From the IMG/VR virus record IMGVR_UViG_3300017938_000005: a stretch of DNA of 64,000 nt. One strand, given 5' to 3'. This DNA comes from a virus. Its lineage: Duplodnaviria; Heunggongvirae; Uroviricota; Caudoviricetes. The notes beneath the pieces are model-generated. The model made no database searches and was not told where the DNA came from. It saw only the letters and a list, made by a program, of their open reading frames with translations. Shown here in pieces: positions 8,988-18,143 of this stretch. Position numbers and translations under genes: made by a program. The number at the start of each line of letters is the position of its first letter. Position 1 is the first letter of the stretch.

Positions 8988-9275
8988 TCACGCCTCCTTC
9001 CGGGTGAGGAGCGCGAAGATTCTCTTGAGAACGTCATCCTCTTGGCTCTCGGTGAACGCCTCGTCGGGCCCCTCACCGTAACCGTCGTTCTTACCAAGAA
9101 GACTGACGCCAAAGCCTTTGCCCGGGCGCCACTCCACGACAGCGTGGCGCCCGCTCTCGGAGATGTCGAGCCACCAATGGCCGCTCTCGAGATTCTTCGG
9201 ACGATCGAGCGACGCTTTCGCGCCCGGAAGCAAGATTGCAACGCTCTCCTCGAGCCTCTCGATGGGATTCTTCAT
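8988..9275 (-). CDS. hypothetical protein (stand-alone domain resembling the N-terminus of some XRE-HTH proteins)
   Basis: WWLDI..VVEWRPGKGFGVS..YGEGPDE pattern; family link is from memory only. Confidence 0.65.
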   Translation of the reverse strand: MKNPIERLEESVAILLPGAKASLDRPKNLESGHWWLDISESGRHAVVEWRPGKGFGVSLLGKNDGYGEGPDEAFTESQEDDVLKRIFALLTRKEA

Positions 9276-9279
9276 CGTT

Positions 9280-9672
9280 TCACCGATCCGGATGAGGAAT
9301 ATTGGGGTTCTTGGGAAAGATCGAACCGAAACGGTCTTCGAATTCGCGACGGACTTCCACGTCGGTCAACTTCCCGACGTCGATGCCGAGCGCGCGGAGG
9401 TCGTAGCGCATGTCCTGAGTCGGGATGTCCGCCACGCCGACGAGCTTCACTTCGCGGCGCGCTGCGGGTTCACGATGCTTAGCCAGCGCCGCTCCCAGCG
9501 CCGCGTCGATCACGTCCGCCGCCGCGAGAAGCACGGGAGCGACGTCGCGCGCGACAGCTTCCGTTTGACCCCCGATGCTTGCGTCCTCGAGCCACTTGCC
9601 GTAGCTCCGAAGCTCGCGAGCACGGCTCGACACGGCCGTCGACACGGAGAGGACGTGCGGCTCGATCGCCAT
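9280..9672 (-). CDS. hypothetical protein
   Basis: MAIEPHV.. start overlapping stop of SBP-OmpA gene. Confidence 0.6.
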   Translation of the reverse strand: MAIEPHVLSVSTAVSSRARELRSYGKWLEDASIGGQTEAVARDVAPVLLAAADVIDAALGAALAKHREPAARREVKLVGVADIPTQDMRYDLRALGIDVGKLTDVEVRREFEDRFGSIFPKNPNIPHPDR

Positions 9673-11450
9673 CAGTTCCCCGACCCCATGATGACGTCGA
9701 CGCGGCGGTTCTTCGCGCGACCCGTCTCCGTGTCGTTCGACGCGACGGGCTTGTCCTGCCCGAACGATTTGACGCTGAAGCGGTCGGCGGGAAAGTTCGT
9801 CGTCGACTGCTTCATGAGCCACGCCTTCACCGCCTGGGCACGCGCCTCGGAAAGCGTCTTGTTCCCCGTGGCGTCGCCGGTGTTGTCCGTGTGACCGTCG
9901 ATCTCCACCATGAGGTCCGTGATGACGAGGTCCTTCTCAAGTGCGTCGAGCGTCTTCTGCGCTTCCGGCGTGAAGGCCGCGCTCCCCGTCTGAAACGTGA
10001 TCGACCAGCTCTTCTTCGAGACGACTTCCGTGATCGCCGCATCCTTCTTGTAGACGGCCACGTCCGCGGACGTCGTCATCACTGGGGCCTTCTTCGCGAG
10101 ATCCTCGACATAGGACGTGTCGAGCACGTCCGCGACAGGCGGGTAGTTCGGCACGAGCTTCGGGTACTGCTGGACGGCGATGTCGCCGAACGTCGTGTAC
10201 GTCGCGGCGAAAAGGTTTGTGGAGCCTGCCGTGAGACCGAAGACCTGCATGTCGTCGGCGAGATCGGAGACCGACGATCCGCCGAGCGGCACCGGCAGGC
10301 CCGTCTTGTCGTTCTCGGTGACGCCCTTGAAGTACTTGACCCAGTACGCGCCGCTCTCCTCCTTGTAGACCGCCGCGCTGATCTCGCCGCCGCGGTCGAG
10401 CGCGCGCGGGTAGCTCCGCACCTGGTCGCCGCCGTCAAAGGCCGCCTGGAGGATCCCCTCGACGACGTCCTTGTGCGCGCGATCCCACTTCCGGATTCCG
10501 ATGAGCGCGCACGGCATCTGGCTCCGGTACTCCTTCGTCGAGACGATGCTCGCGAGGCCGCCCTTCTGCTGCGCGACGTTCACGTCGCCGGGGGTCCACG
10601 TGACGACGCCGTTCACGCACACGTTCTTCGTCTGCCCGGTCTTGTGGCCGGCGTGCACGACGGGACGGTCTTCGCAGACGCCGAGGATGTATTTCTTCGG
10701 GGCCTCGAGGTAGTCGTCCACACTCACCCAGTTGAGCGCGTCCGGGTCGTACGTCTTCTCGTCCGGGTTGTTCGGGATCCCGTTGTCACCAGCCCATTTC
10801 ATCGCGGCGTTCCAGTCCCCGTCGCGGATGACGCCCGCGATGAGCGCGCCCTGGGCTTTCTTCGGATTCGACTTCCACTCCGCGGGTCCCATGAACTTGT
10901 CTTCGCCGCGCGAGTAGCCGAGGACGCCGACGGTCTCGGCGGTGCAGTCCGCGCAGATCTTCTTCAGGTCCGCGTTGAGTCCGGCGAACCAGCTCGGCGT
11001 GCCGTCACCCATGAGCGTGATGAAGTGGACGCCGTTCTTCGACTCGCCACCTTTCGCGACATCGGTCGCGAGGGCCATGAGCTGCGCCGCCATCTTGCTC
11101 GTGTCGTTCTCGCGGGTGAAGTGGAGGTTCACGTTGTGGCCGGCCATGAGCGAGCCCTGCGTCGTGTCGGCGCCGCCGTTCGCGTACAGGAGTCCCATCT
11201 GCGCGTTCCACGCCCACACCATCATGCGCACGTCCGTGCCTTTGCCCGCGAGCGCGGCGCCCGGCAGCGGCGTTTCGGGCACAGCGGCCTTCGAGACATG
11301 CTCGTCGAGCGTCGGGAGCGCGGCCGTCTTCGGCACGGAAGCTTCGTGGCCGGGCTGCGCGTTCACGAGGAACCGGATCCCGAAGAAAAGGCCCGCAGCG
11401 ATGGCCACGGCCGCGATGATCTTGGGCAGGGGTTTGATTCGAGTCGCCAT
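9672..11450 (-). CDS. ABC substrate-binding protein (NMT1/THI5/SsuA-like) fused to C-terminal OmpA-like peptidoglycan-binding domain
   Basis: N-terminal signal anchor ([19 protein letters not shown]); PBP2-type VTWTPGD motif; C-terminal [46 protein letters not shown] = OmpA_C. Confidence 0.9.
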   Translation of the reverse strand: MATRIKPLPKIIAAVAIAAGLFFGIRFLVNAQPGHEASVPKTAALPTLDEHVSKAAVPETPLPGAALAGKGTDVRMMVWAWNAQMGLLYANGGADTTQGSLMAGHNVNLHFTRENDTSKMAAQLMALATDVAKGGESKNGVHFITLMGDGTPSWFAGLNADLKKICADCTAETVGVLGYSRGEDKFMGPAEWKSNPKKAQGALIAGVIRDGDWNAAMKWAGDNGIPNNPDEKTYDPDALNWVSVDDYLEAPKKYILGVCEDRPVVHAGHKTGQTKNVCVNGVVTWTPGDVNVAQQKGGLASIVSTKEYRSQMPCALIGIRKWDRAHKDVVEGILQAAFDGGDQVRSYPRALDRGGEISAAVYKEESGAYWVKYFKGVTENDKTGLPVPLGGSSVSDLADDMQVFGLTAGSTNLFAATYTTFGDIAVQQYPKLVPNYPPVADVLDTSYVEDLAKKAPVMTTSADVAVYKKDAAITEVVSKKSWSITFQTGSAAFTPEAQKTLDALEKDLVITDLMVEIDGHTDNTGDATGNKTLSEARAQAVKAWLMKQSTTNFPADRFSVKSFGQDKPVASNDTETGRAKNRRVDVIMGSGN

Positions 11451-11477
11451 GATGGATGTCCTTACCGTTTCGCGTCG

Positions 11478-12521
11478 TTACCGTTTCGCGTCGTTGTTCT
11501 TGAAAAGCTCGGAGAAGCTGTCGGGCGCCGCTTCTTCCGCTTCGCCCGCAACCTCGGTGATGCGGACGCCGGGGGCCGCGTCCACGCGGACGTTCGGCTT
11601 CGTGTTGAGGAGGGCGCTGCCCTTCTCCTCCCAAGCCTTGAGCTGCGCGAGCGCGTCCTCCTCGTAGATGCCCTGGTCGAGATCCATACCGTTGATGAAG
11701 CCCTTCGACATGTCGAGGAACGTCTCGATCTCGCCCATCTTGTTCGCGTAATCGTCGGTGAGCTTCTCCATCGTGAGATCGAACATCTCGCGCTCCGCGC
11801 CCCCGCCCTCCATGATCGCCTGCGCCTTCGTGAAGGCACCGTAACCAGCGAGAAGCGCCTTTCGCTCGGCGGTCTTCACCTCGACCTCGCCCTTGATGTC
11901 TTCGCAAAGGAGCGCCGAAGCCGCACGCATCTTCTGGAGCGCCTTCAAGAGCACTTCCATGCGCTCGAGGAGATTGCCGAGTGTCATGTTCGACTTCTGA
12001 AGACGTCCCGCCTGCCGCGCGCGGAGCGCAAGCTCCTGCTTCATCTCGGCTTCGTTGTCTTTCGAGTGCTTCTGCGCCTGCTGCGCGAGCTGAAGGTTGT
12101 GGATTCGATCGCTCTCGTTTTTCTCGATCGTGGCCTTGAGCTTGTCGCGCTGGCCGCGAAGGCTCCCGATGGACTTGTCCATCTCGGCGAGTCGCTCCTC
12201 GAGCCGCGACACGTACGTGTTCAGGATACCGATCGGGTCGATCTCGACGAACTGCCCCGTGAGCCAGCGCGTCAGCGAACGGTATCCGTAGAGGAAGAGC
12301 GTCCGGATGCGCTTGTCGAGGACAGCGTAGCCCACGAGTCCAATCGCGGCGCATAGGCCGATGAGCTTCAGGGTGTTCGTCGCCGCGTCAACGAGGAACG
12401 GCACGATCGATCCCCACCAGTAGATCCCTGCGGCCGCGAGCGCACCCACGAGGATCAGCGTGATGAGGTTCTGGCCGAAGAGTTCCTTCTTCTGCAGCTT
12501 CGAGATCGTCGATTCAGCCAT
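11478..12521 (-). CDS. PspA/IM30-like long coiled-coil protein with two N-terminal TM helices
   Basis: Two hydrophobic helices, then DPIGILNTYVSRLEERLAEM.. and long heptad coils as in PspA-type proteins. Confidence 0.7.
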   Translation of the reverse strand: MAESTISKLQKKELFGQNLITLILVGALAAAGIYWWGSIVPFLVDAATNTLKLIGLCAAIGLVGYAVLDKRIRTLFLYGYRSLTRWLTGQFVEIDPIGILNTYVSRLEERLAEMDKSIGSLRGQRDKLKATIEKNESDRIHNLQLAQQAQKHSKDNEAEMKQELALRARQAGRLQKSNMTLGNLLERMEVLLKALQKMRAASALLCEDIKGEVEVKTAERKALLAGYGAFTKAQAIMEGGGAEREMFDLTMEKLTDDYANKMGEIETFLDMSKGFINGMDLDQGIYEEDALAQLKAWEEKGSALLNTKPNVRVDAAPGVRITEVAGEAEEAAPDSFSELFKNNDAKR

Positions 12522-12522
12522 G

Positions 12523-13200
12523 TCAGGTCCCCAGCGCCGCGAGGCGCTCCTTGAGGTTCGAGAGGCGCGAGGTCACCTGGTGGTGCGCAGCTTCGAAACC
12601 GCCGCGAATTCCGTCGAGCCTACGGATCTCCTCCTTCGCGTTCGCGACGTCCGAGTCGCGCTTCGTGCGGAGCGCGGCGATCTTCTCCTGGATGGCTTTG
12701 ATCTGCTCCTCGCTCGACTTGATGAGTTCGTCGGAGGACGAGATCGATTGGTCGGACTCGGCGACGCGCTTCTTCCGGTTCTCGTCCCACGAGTGCTCGA
12801 ACTCGTGCTTCGCGGAGTCCATCGCCGACAGGAGCGTCTCGAGGGCTCCGGAGATCTCGACCCCGGTCGTGTGCGTCGTCTTCAAGGCGACCTTGAAGCG
12901 CGTGCGCTCGTCGGAGATGTCTTCCTTGAGCGAATCGTACTGCTCCATGAACTTGGCGTACGGAGCGGGACACGCGGCCTGGAGACGCGCCTCGAGCTTC
13001 GCGAGCGCCGCAGGATCAGCACCCACGAGGGCGCTCCCCGGCGCGGGATCGTAATGATCCTGTCCCACGTGTTGCACGGCGTGTGCCGGCGCCGCCGGCA
13101 CCGGCGTCTGGCGTGTGGGGCGGTCGGGAACTTCTTCCGCGACGAGACCCTTCAACTTATCGAGAAACCCACCACTTTTCTTCTGCACGGACTCGCTCAC
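12523..13200 (-). CDS. coiled-coil protein, first gene of the PspA-like/SBP-OmpA unit
   Basis: GGFLDKLKGLV amphipathic start, long coil; GGAGG RBS. Confidence 0.8.
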   Translation of the reverse strand: MSESVQKKSGGFLDKLKGLVAEEVPDRPTRQTPVPAAPAHAVQHVGQDHYDPAPGSALVGADPAALAKLEARLQAACPAPYAKFMEQYDSLKEDISDERTRFKVALKTTHTTGVEISGALETLLSAMDSAKHEFEHSWDENRKKRVAESDQSISSSDELIKSSEEQIKAIQEKIAALRTKRDSDVANAKEEIRRLDGIRGGFEAAHHQVTSRLSNLKERLAALGT

Positions 13201-13322
13201 CCGGTCCTCCTTGCCATCACTCTAGCCGTCGTTACGTTGGGGGCCGCAAGTTCGCATGCCCCGACCCGTACGTCAAACCGCAGTACGAGAGAAGTAAGAA
13301 TCAATCATCGTCGCGTCAAGTG

Positions 13323-13350
13323 ACTGTACATGAACCATGCCGGTATGCAA
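13323..13350 (-). promoter_or_regulatory. sigma70-like promoter TTGCAT-N16-TACAGT with GTCA-N2-TGAC box (13315-13324)
   Basis: Read directly; upstream of 13200 unit. Confidence 0.6.
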
Positions 13351-13376
13351 GTGACTTCGTTCACGGCTGACCACCA

Positions 13377-14327
13377 TCAACCGTATGCGGCGAGGTAACG
13401 TTCAGTCATGCCCACGATCGCGGCGTCGATGGCGATGCGGTCGGGTTCGTGGCGGACGGTCGCGCCTGCATCGTAAAGTGCGGCGCACTCGGCCTCGGTC
13501 CTCTCGGCGTACTCGACGATCTGGTCGTAGGTCCATGCCCCGGCCCGGATGGAGAGAAACTCCGCGGCGTCGGGCCTCTTCACGACGACCTCGCCAGTCG
13601 TCATGATCTCCTTGCACATGCGGAGGAGCCTCACGAGGTGCGCGGCGTGCTTCGTGTCGAGCCCGAACTTCGCCTCGAGTTCGGCGCGCGCGGCGTTGCG
13701 CGTCTTCTTCCAGTTCTCGAACTGGTCGTAGTGCCTCTTGGCCGCTTGGTACTGCTTCTCGCGCGTGAAGACCGTCATCAGCTCGCGCGAGAGTTCGATC
13801 TCGAGGGACTGATCCACGGCGGCGTCGAACGCGCCCAACTCGGCCTTCGAGATCTTGCTCACCTCGGAGAGGCCGAACTCCTTGCGGGTCGGCGGCGCCT
13901 TCGGCGGGTCGACGAGCCACTTGCGGTGCGTCTTGATGCGCTTCAATTGCGAGTGCGCGTAACCCGCAAATGTCCAGCGCGCCTTCGCGGAGACGAAAGC
14001 GTGCCGCATCGCGCGAAGCTCCTCGCCGAACGCGTCGATAGCGAGCACGTGCTCGTCCGCCACGTGGAGCACCTCAATGATGTTCGGGTTGCACTCGGCC
14101 GCGAGCCCCGCGAACTTCTTGAGCGAGTAAACGACGCGGTCCTCCGCGGCGCCTTTCTTCGCCTCGCGCGTCTCTTGCTCGAACGTGTGAAGGAACCCGA
14201 AATGAAATGCCTTCGGCTCGATGCACACGCCCTTCGAATCCAAGTCCGACGTAGGTGTATTCATGCCGTAGGCGTGCGAGCCGTGGCGGACGAGGAGGAT
14301 CGTGCGGGACGCGACGTCGAAATTCAT
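13377..14327 (-). CDS. predicted nucleotidyltransferase (RlaP/YcgL-like, pol-beta superfamily)
   Basis: GSHAYGMNTPTSDLD motif, NPNIIEVL, KHAAHLVRLLRM. Confidence 0.88.
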   Translation of the reverse strand: MNFDVASRTILLVRHGSHAYGMNTPTSDLDSKGVCIEPKAFHFGFLHTFEQETREAKKGAAEDRVVYSLKKFAGLAAECNPNIIEVLHVADEHVLAIDAFGEELRAMRHAFVSAKARWTFAGYAHSQLKRIKTHRKWLVDPPKAPPTRKEFGLSEVSKISKAELGAFDAAVDQSLEIELSRELMTVFTREKQYQAAKRHYDQFENWKKTRNAARAELEAKFGLDTKHAAHLVRLLRMCKEIMTTGEVVVKRPDAAEFLSIRAGAWTYDQIVEYAERTEAECAALYDAGATVRHEPDRIAIDAAIVGMTERYLAAYG

Positions 14328-14695
14328 TTCGCTCCACCACTCGCCGCTTTCCATTCGGGGACGAGATTGAAACCTGCTTGCTCGAGTTTCTCCCGGATCC
14401 GGGAGAGGTCCTTCTCGCCAAACTTTTTCTTGGAGAGGATCACCCCGCAGTCGTGGAGCGCCGCGTACATCCCGAGCGCGTATTGGCCCGGTGTCCAGCC
14501 CACCACGTCATAAAGGAGACCGTAACCGAATCGCCGCCACTCGCTGTCGGCTCCGCCGCGCGCCGTCTTCAAGAGGTTCCGAATGTTGTCGCGCCACGTG
14601 GTGTTCGAGTCCGTACCGACGATCGACCTCACGACGATGTTCTTGCTGTCCGCGTAGTGCGTGCCAGGCGGTAGGGCCGGCTTCAAGCGATTCAT
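14324..14695 (-). CDS. hypothetical protein
   Basis: Track ORF directly behind promoter. Confidence 0.7.
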   Translation of the reverse strand: MNRLKPALPPGTHYADSKNIVVRSIVGTDSNTTWRDNIRNLLKTARGGADSEWRRFGYGLLYDVVGWTPGQYALGMYAALHDCGVILSKKKFGEKDLSRIREKLEQAGFNLVPEWKAASGGAK

Positions 14696-14704
14696 GGTCA
14701 CGTG

Positions 14705-14732
14705 ACTTTACTTGAATCAATCTGGGATGCAA
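14705..14732 (-). promoter_or_regulatory. sigma70-like promoter TTGCAT-N16-TAAAGT with perfect GTCACGTGAC palindrome (14697-14706)
   Basis: Read directly in AT-rich gap. Confidence 0.6.
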
Positions 14733-14740
14733 ACAATTCT

Positions 14741-14986
14741 TCAGTAACTCGCCTCCACCCATGCCGCGCCTTCGACGTCGACTTTCTTCGCCACCAGGTA
14801 CGCGATCGTCTCGGCCTTTCCGCGCTCGAGATCGAAGTAGTAGCGAGGGTTCGGGTCCATATCGCTCTTCCAGATGGGGACCTCGATGCCCTGGTGCCAC
14901 CGACCGCGGTCGCAGTACGCCGGGCGCTCCTGGAGCCACGCGATCATGGTCCCGTCCGAACGGCGGAGTTCGTGACACGTGCTCAT
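14741..14986 (-). CDS. hypothetical protein
   Basis: Track ORF (RPAYCDRGRW..RYYFDLE). Confidence 0.7.
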   Translation of the reverse strand: MSTCHELRRSDGTMIAWLQERPAYCDRGRWHQGIEVPIWKSDMDPNPRYYFDLERGKAETIAYLVAKKVDVEGAAWVEASY

Positions 14987-15132
14987 TTCTTAATCTCCCT
15001 CTTCGTCTCCTTTTGGCTTGGAGGCGGGAGCTTCTTCATCCGCCAGTCGACGACCACAGAGAGGGCGAAGAGGAAGACGACGAGAAGAAAGCCGCCCCCG
15101 ACGAACACGGCGAAGAACGTCCCCGGGTCCAT
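14983..15132 (-). CDS. small single-TM protein (49 aa)
   Basis: Manual translation MDPGTFFAVFVGGGFLLVVFLFALSVVVDWRMKK..; ATGA overlap. Confidence 0.55.
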   Translation of the reverse strand: MDPGTFFAVFVGGGFLLVVFLFALSVVVDWRMKKLPPPSQKETKREIKK

Positions 15133-15136
15133 CGCG

Positions 15137-15313
15137 TCACATCCTCGCTTCGGCCTTGATGCCGCGAAGTTCGTCTATGGCTTCCGCACATTCGTTAAGG
15201 AGTTCTTCCACGGCGATCGGGTCCATCTTCGCACGGCCCTCCCCGTCCCTCGTGTAGAGCTTCACGCGGTCGCGAATCTTCTGGCGAAGGTCGTCCAGGT
15301 CTTCGAGCGTCAT
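15137..15313 (-). CDS. hypothetical protein
   Basis: MTLEDLDDLRQK.. Confidence 0.55.
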   Translation of the reverse strand: MTLEDLDDLRQKIRDRVKLYTRDGEGRAKMDPIAVEELLNECAEAIDELRGIKAEARM

Positions 15314-15663
15314 CACGGCCACCACACCATGAAGTCGTTGTGGATGATCGCGGACATGACGAGGAGCAGCACCCCGATGACCAAGTTCGCGAGGGACGAC
15401 TTCATCGCCCGCGCGAAGTCGGCCACGTCGCCTTCGCCGTCCGGGCCAGAAATGCCCGCCTTTCTCGCGAGGTCGACGATGGTGAGGTCCGTCATCTTCA
15501 CGCCGCGCATCGCGCGGAGCAGGCAGAGGAGGCCACACATGTGGAGGAAGGTCACGCGCGGCGCGCCGAGCGGGACCGCGAACCAGCGCCACTCGATCGT
15601 GGCGAAGTACGCGCACGAGAGGCCCACCGCGACGGAGATGAACCACGACACGAGCCACTTCAT
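15313..15663 (-). CDS. membrane protein
   Basis: Three hydrophobic segments. Confidence 0.7.
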   Translation of the reverse strand: MKWLVSWFISVAVGLSCAYFATIEWRWFAVPLGAPRVTFLHMCGLLCLLRAMRGVKMTDLTIVDLARKAGISGPDGEGDVADFARAMKSSLANLVIGVLLLVMSAIIHNDFMVWWP

Positions 15664-16589
15664 TTCACACCTGATTTGGTTGGTCGGGTCACGGATTCGA
15701 ACGCCGGTAGACGCGGAGGATGGACCGCGACGTCAGCCGCCGTGCGAAGTGTGTTCGCATTTGCATGACGAACGGGACCATCCTCGAACTCGAAAGCAGT
15801 TTCCGGCGGATCGCAGAGACAGGCGTGGAGCCTCTCTTTGCACGTCGAGCAGTGGTAGCCGCCGTCCTCGACACGGCACACGTTTTCTGGAGCGGGATTC
15901 TTGCGACGCATCTTCGGGAGCGGCGCTCCGCAATAGGGACAGAACTTCGGCTCGGGCGGCGAAGTAAAAATGCGATCGACGTGGCGCCCTTCGAGTGCCA
16001 TCCGAGCACGACCTGCGCCTTCCCTCAACCGGACGAGCTTCTCGTGCGTCTTCAGTTCCCAGTGCCCCTCCACCTCGCTCGAATCTTCGCCGTACACGTT
16101 GACGTAGAACACGATCGCTGGATCGCTTCGCGCGGCCTCGCAGCACGCAGGCACGGGAAGCATCGCGGCAGCCTCGCCGGCGCGCATGTCCCAAAGCATC
16201 CTGAACTCGTATTCCTCGCTCTCAGAAAGCTTGCCTTCCTTCTTCTCTTTTTCGCGAAGCTCGGCCCATCGCTCGCGCTCCGCCGGCGAGAGGCCAGCGC
16301 TCCGCTTCGGCCAGTATCGATAAAGCTCCACGAGCTTGCCGCCGACGAGGCGCCCGACGCCGCGGATGTTCCTCAGATCTCCGAAGACGCGGAGTACGTC
16401 ACCCGCTTGCGCCGCCGCAGCGTGTCCGAATTCGTCGTAGATGTGGAAACCGTTTCCGTCCATGAAGATGACGTGACGACAGCCAGCGCCTTCCGAGTCC
16501 GACTTCTTCACCACGAGATCCACGAATTCGTCGTCGAGCCTTGCCGCTTTGAACGCCTCCATCGCGTCCATCTTCGATTCGGCTCTCAT
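15660..16589 (-). CDS. hypothetical protein with Cys-rich zinc-finger C-terminus
   Basis: CPYC..CSTC..CLC motifs; ATGA start at 16589. Confidence 0.7.
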   Translation of the reverse strand: MRAESKMDAMEAFKAARLDDEFVDLVVKKSDSEGAGCRHVIFMDGNGFHIYDEFGHAAAAQAGDVLRVFGDLRNIRGVGRLVGGKLVELYRYWPKRSAGLSPAERERWAELREKEKKEGKLSESEEYEFRMLWDMRAGEAAAMLPVPACCEAARSDPAIVFYVNVYGEDSSEVEGHWELKTHEKLVRLREGAGRARMALEGRHVDRIFTSPPEPKFCPYCGAPLPKMRRKNPAPENVCRVEDGGYHCSTCKERLHACLCDPPETAFEFEDGPVRHANANTLRTAADVAVHPPRLPAFESVTRPTKSGVK

Positions 16590-16816
16590 GACTTCACGCG
16601 AACGGGCACCGAGAAACCGATGCCAACGTTGAAGGGAAAGTAGAACCAGTACTTCACGTCGCCGGGCGTCTCCATGCGGTACACGGTCAAGAAAGATCCG
16701 CGTCGCCATCGCGTGATGCTCGTGAACGGGATCTCGAGGTCCTTCGCGTCGGTGCGATCCCAGCGCCAAGCCCACCAGGCTTCACGATCGCGGATCCCCT
16801 TCGTGACGGTGCTCAC
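16586..16816 (-). CDS. hypothetical protein
   Basis: Track ORF, coupled. Confidence 0.65.
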   Translation of the reverse strand: MSTVTKGIRDREAWWAWRWDRTDAKDLEIPFTSITRWRRGSFLTVYRMETPGDVKYWFYFPFNVGIGFSVPVRVKS

Positions 16817-16950
16817 GGATAATTCCCGAAGTCGTCCGGGATGGGCGAGACACGCCGCATCCGGAAACCGTGCTTCGACTGCACGAGCTTCACCACGAAT
16901 TTGCGCACGCTGCGTCGGTGCCTACGAAGCCTTCTCGTTTTCGGATTCAT
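16813..16950 (-). CDS. small basic protein
   Basis: MNPKTRRLRR..; coupled. Confidence 0.45.
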   Translation of the reverse strand: MNPKTRRLRRHRRSVRKFVVKLVQSKHGFRMRRVSPIPDDFGNYP

Positions 16951-17297
16951 CGATCGATCCTCTCCTTCAATCGTTTGCAGACGATAAACGCCGCGGCCGA
17001 TGCCTCGCTCGGCGACGGGTTCGAGACCGCGAGGCGAATGAGTCCCTTCGTCTGTTCGTCGAGCTGAACGCCTTTCTGTTTCTCCCTGAGCGCGAGCCTG
17101 ATCTGCACCTCCGAGAGCTTCGTCTGCAAGCAGAAGATCTCGATCTGCTGCTCTTTGTTCCTCTCGAGAACGCCCTCCATGTGTTTGATCCAAATCTGGA
17201 AACGCTTCGTTCCCCAGCGAAGGAACAAAACGAGCCCGACGTTCATCGCCATGCTCACGCCGAGCGAGATGAAGAACGAGAAGGGCGACATGCTCAC
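16947..17297 (-). CDS. single-TM coiled-coil protein
   Basis: N-terminal hydrophobic helix. Confidence 0.65.
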   Translation of the reverse strand: MSMSPFSFFISLGVSMAMNVGLVLFLRWGTKRFQIWIKHMEGVLERNKEQQIEIFCLQTKLSEVQIRLALREKQKGVQLDEQTKGLIRLAVSNPSPSEASAAAFIVCKRLKERIDR

Positions 17298-17395
17298 CGC
17301 GCGCGTTTCTTCACGTCGTTCGTGTTCAGATTCATCGGTCCTCCGTCATACTGCAAACTTGAGTGCAAATCACTCCCCAGATCGACCCGATCAAT

Positions 17396-17581
17396 CTACG
17401 GAGCGACCCAGTTGGGCGGACGACCCTTATGGAGCAGAATAAATGCCAGCTCCTCCAAAGCAAGCCTGCGATCCGCAATCGTCATGCTCTCCAAAACGTC
17501 TCGCAGCGCCGCGCGGTTTCGAGTCTCCAGCCATGCGAAGATGTACTTCGCGAGTTCTTCATCGTTCATCGCGATCCTCAC
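17396..17581 (-). CDS. hypothetical protein
   Basis: Track ORF. Confidence 0.55.
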   Translation of the reverse strand: MRIAMNDEELAKYIFAWLETRNRAALRDVLESMTIADRRLALEELAFILLHKGRPPNWVAP

Positions 17582-17925
17582 TCCCAGACTCTCATCGTCA
17601 CCTCTTTGACGCTCTTCGCTTCGAGATCCGGGTACGTACCGTGATCAAACGCGCCAATGAAGTCCATCACGGGCTCCGGCAGACTCGGATCCATGATCTG
17701 CGCGTCGTGAAGCGTCGCCCTGTAGTACCAGTGACCGTCGTCACCCTTCGTGCCGTTCACGATGCGGAGGCCTGACCAATAATCCGGACACGCCTTGTAG
17801 ATCCCGTTGAGGATCGGACACATCGTGTAGGAGAGCTTCTCGCCCTTGATGCCTTGGGCCCGCAAGCTCATGGCGACTTCGTCCGGCGTCTTGCCGAGCG
17901 ACTGCAGGTATTCCGTGATCGTCAT
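17578..17925 (-). CDS. hypothetical phage protein
   Basis: MTITEYLQSLGKTPDEVAMSLRAQGIKG..CP. Confidence 0.7.
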   Translation of the reverse strand: MTITEYLQSLGKTPDEVAMSLRAQGIKGEKLSYTMCPILNGIYKACPDYWSGLRIVNGTKGDDGHWYYRATLHDAQIMDPSLPEPVMDFIGAFDHGTYPDLEAKSVKEVTMRVWE

Positions 17926-18143
17926 TTCCGCTTCTCCTTGATCTCTGTCTCGATCTTCGAGACCGAGACGATGAACACGCCCGCCGTCGGGTCCCAAGTG
18001 TCGCGACCAACGTCGTCCGCCAATCGTTTTTCGAAATAACGTTGGATGTGCGCCGCGATCCGTTCCTCGGAGGGTTTCTCCCCTTCGAAACCGACGCCCT
18101 CGACGTTGACAATCGTCTGGAAAGAAACGCTCACCTTTTTCAT
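17922..18143 (-). CDS. hypothetical protein
   Basis: Track ORF, coupled. Confidence 0.65.
   Translation of the reverse strand: MKKVSVSFQTIVNVEGVGFEGEKPSEERIAAHIQRYFEKRLADDVGRDTWDPTAGVFIVSVSKIETEIKEKRK

Noticed and set aside
9579-12356. 925-aa plus-strand ORF (also 18-995, 44133-45545, 56823-58079, 23686-24768, 48675-49838 and similar)
   Set aside because: In-register antisense shadows of GC3-rich minus-strand genes; Arg/Val/Leu-rich low-information sequence with no motifs
13200-13376. Search of this and other intergenic gaps for CRISPR or TIGR-like arrays
   Set aside because: No series of equal-length repeats with unique spacers was found anywhere in the window
15680-15720. GTTCGAATCC followed by ..ACCA on the minus strand, resembling a tRNA T-loop and CCA end
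   Set aside because: The T-stem cannot pair and no acceptor, D or anticodon arms form; it lies in the coding end of ORF 15660-16589
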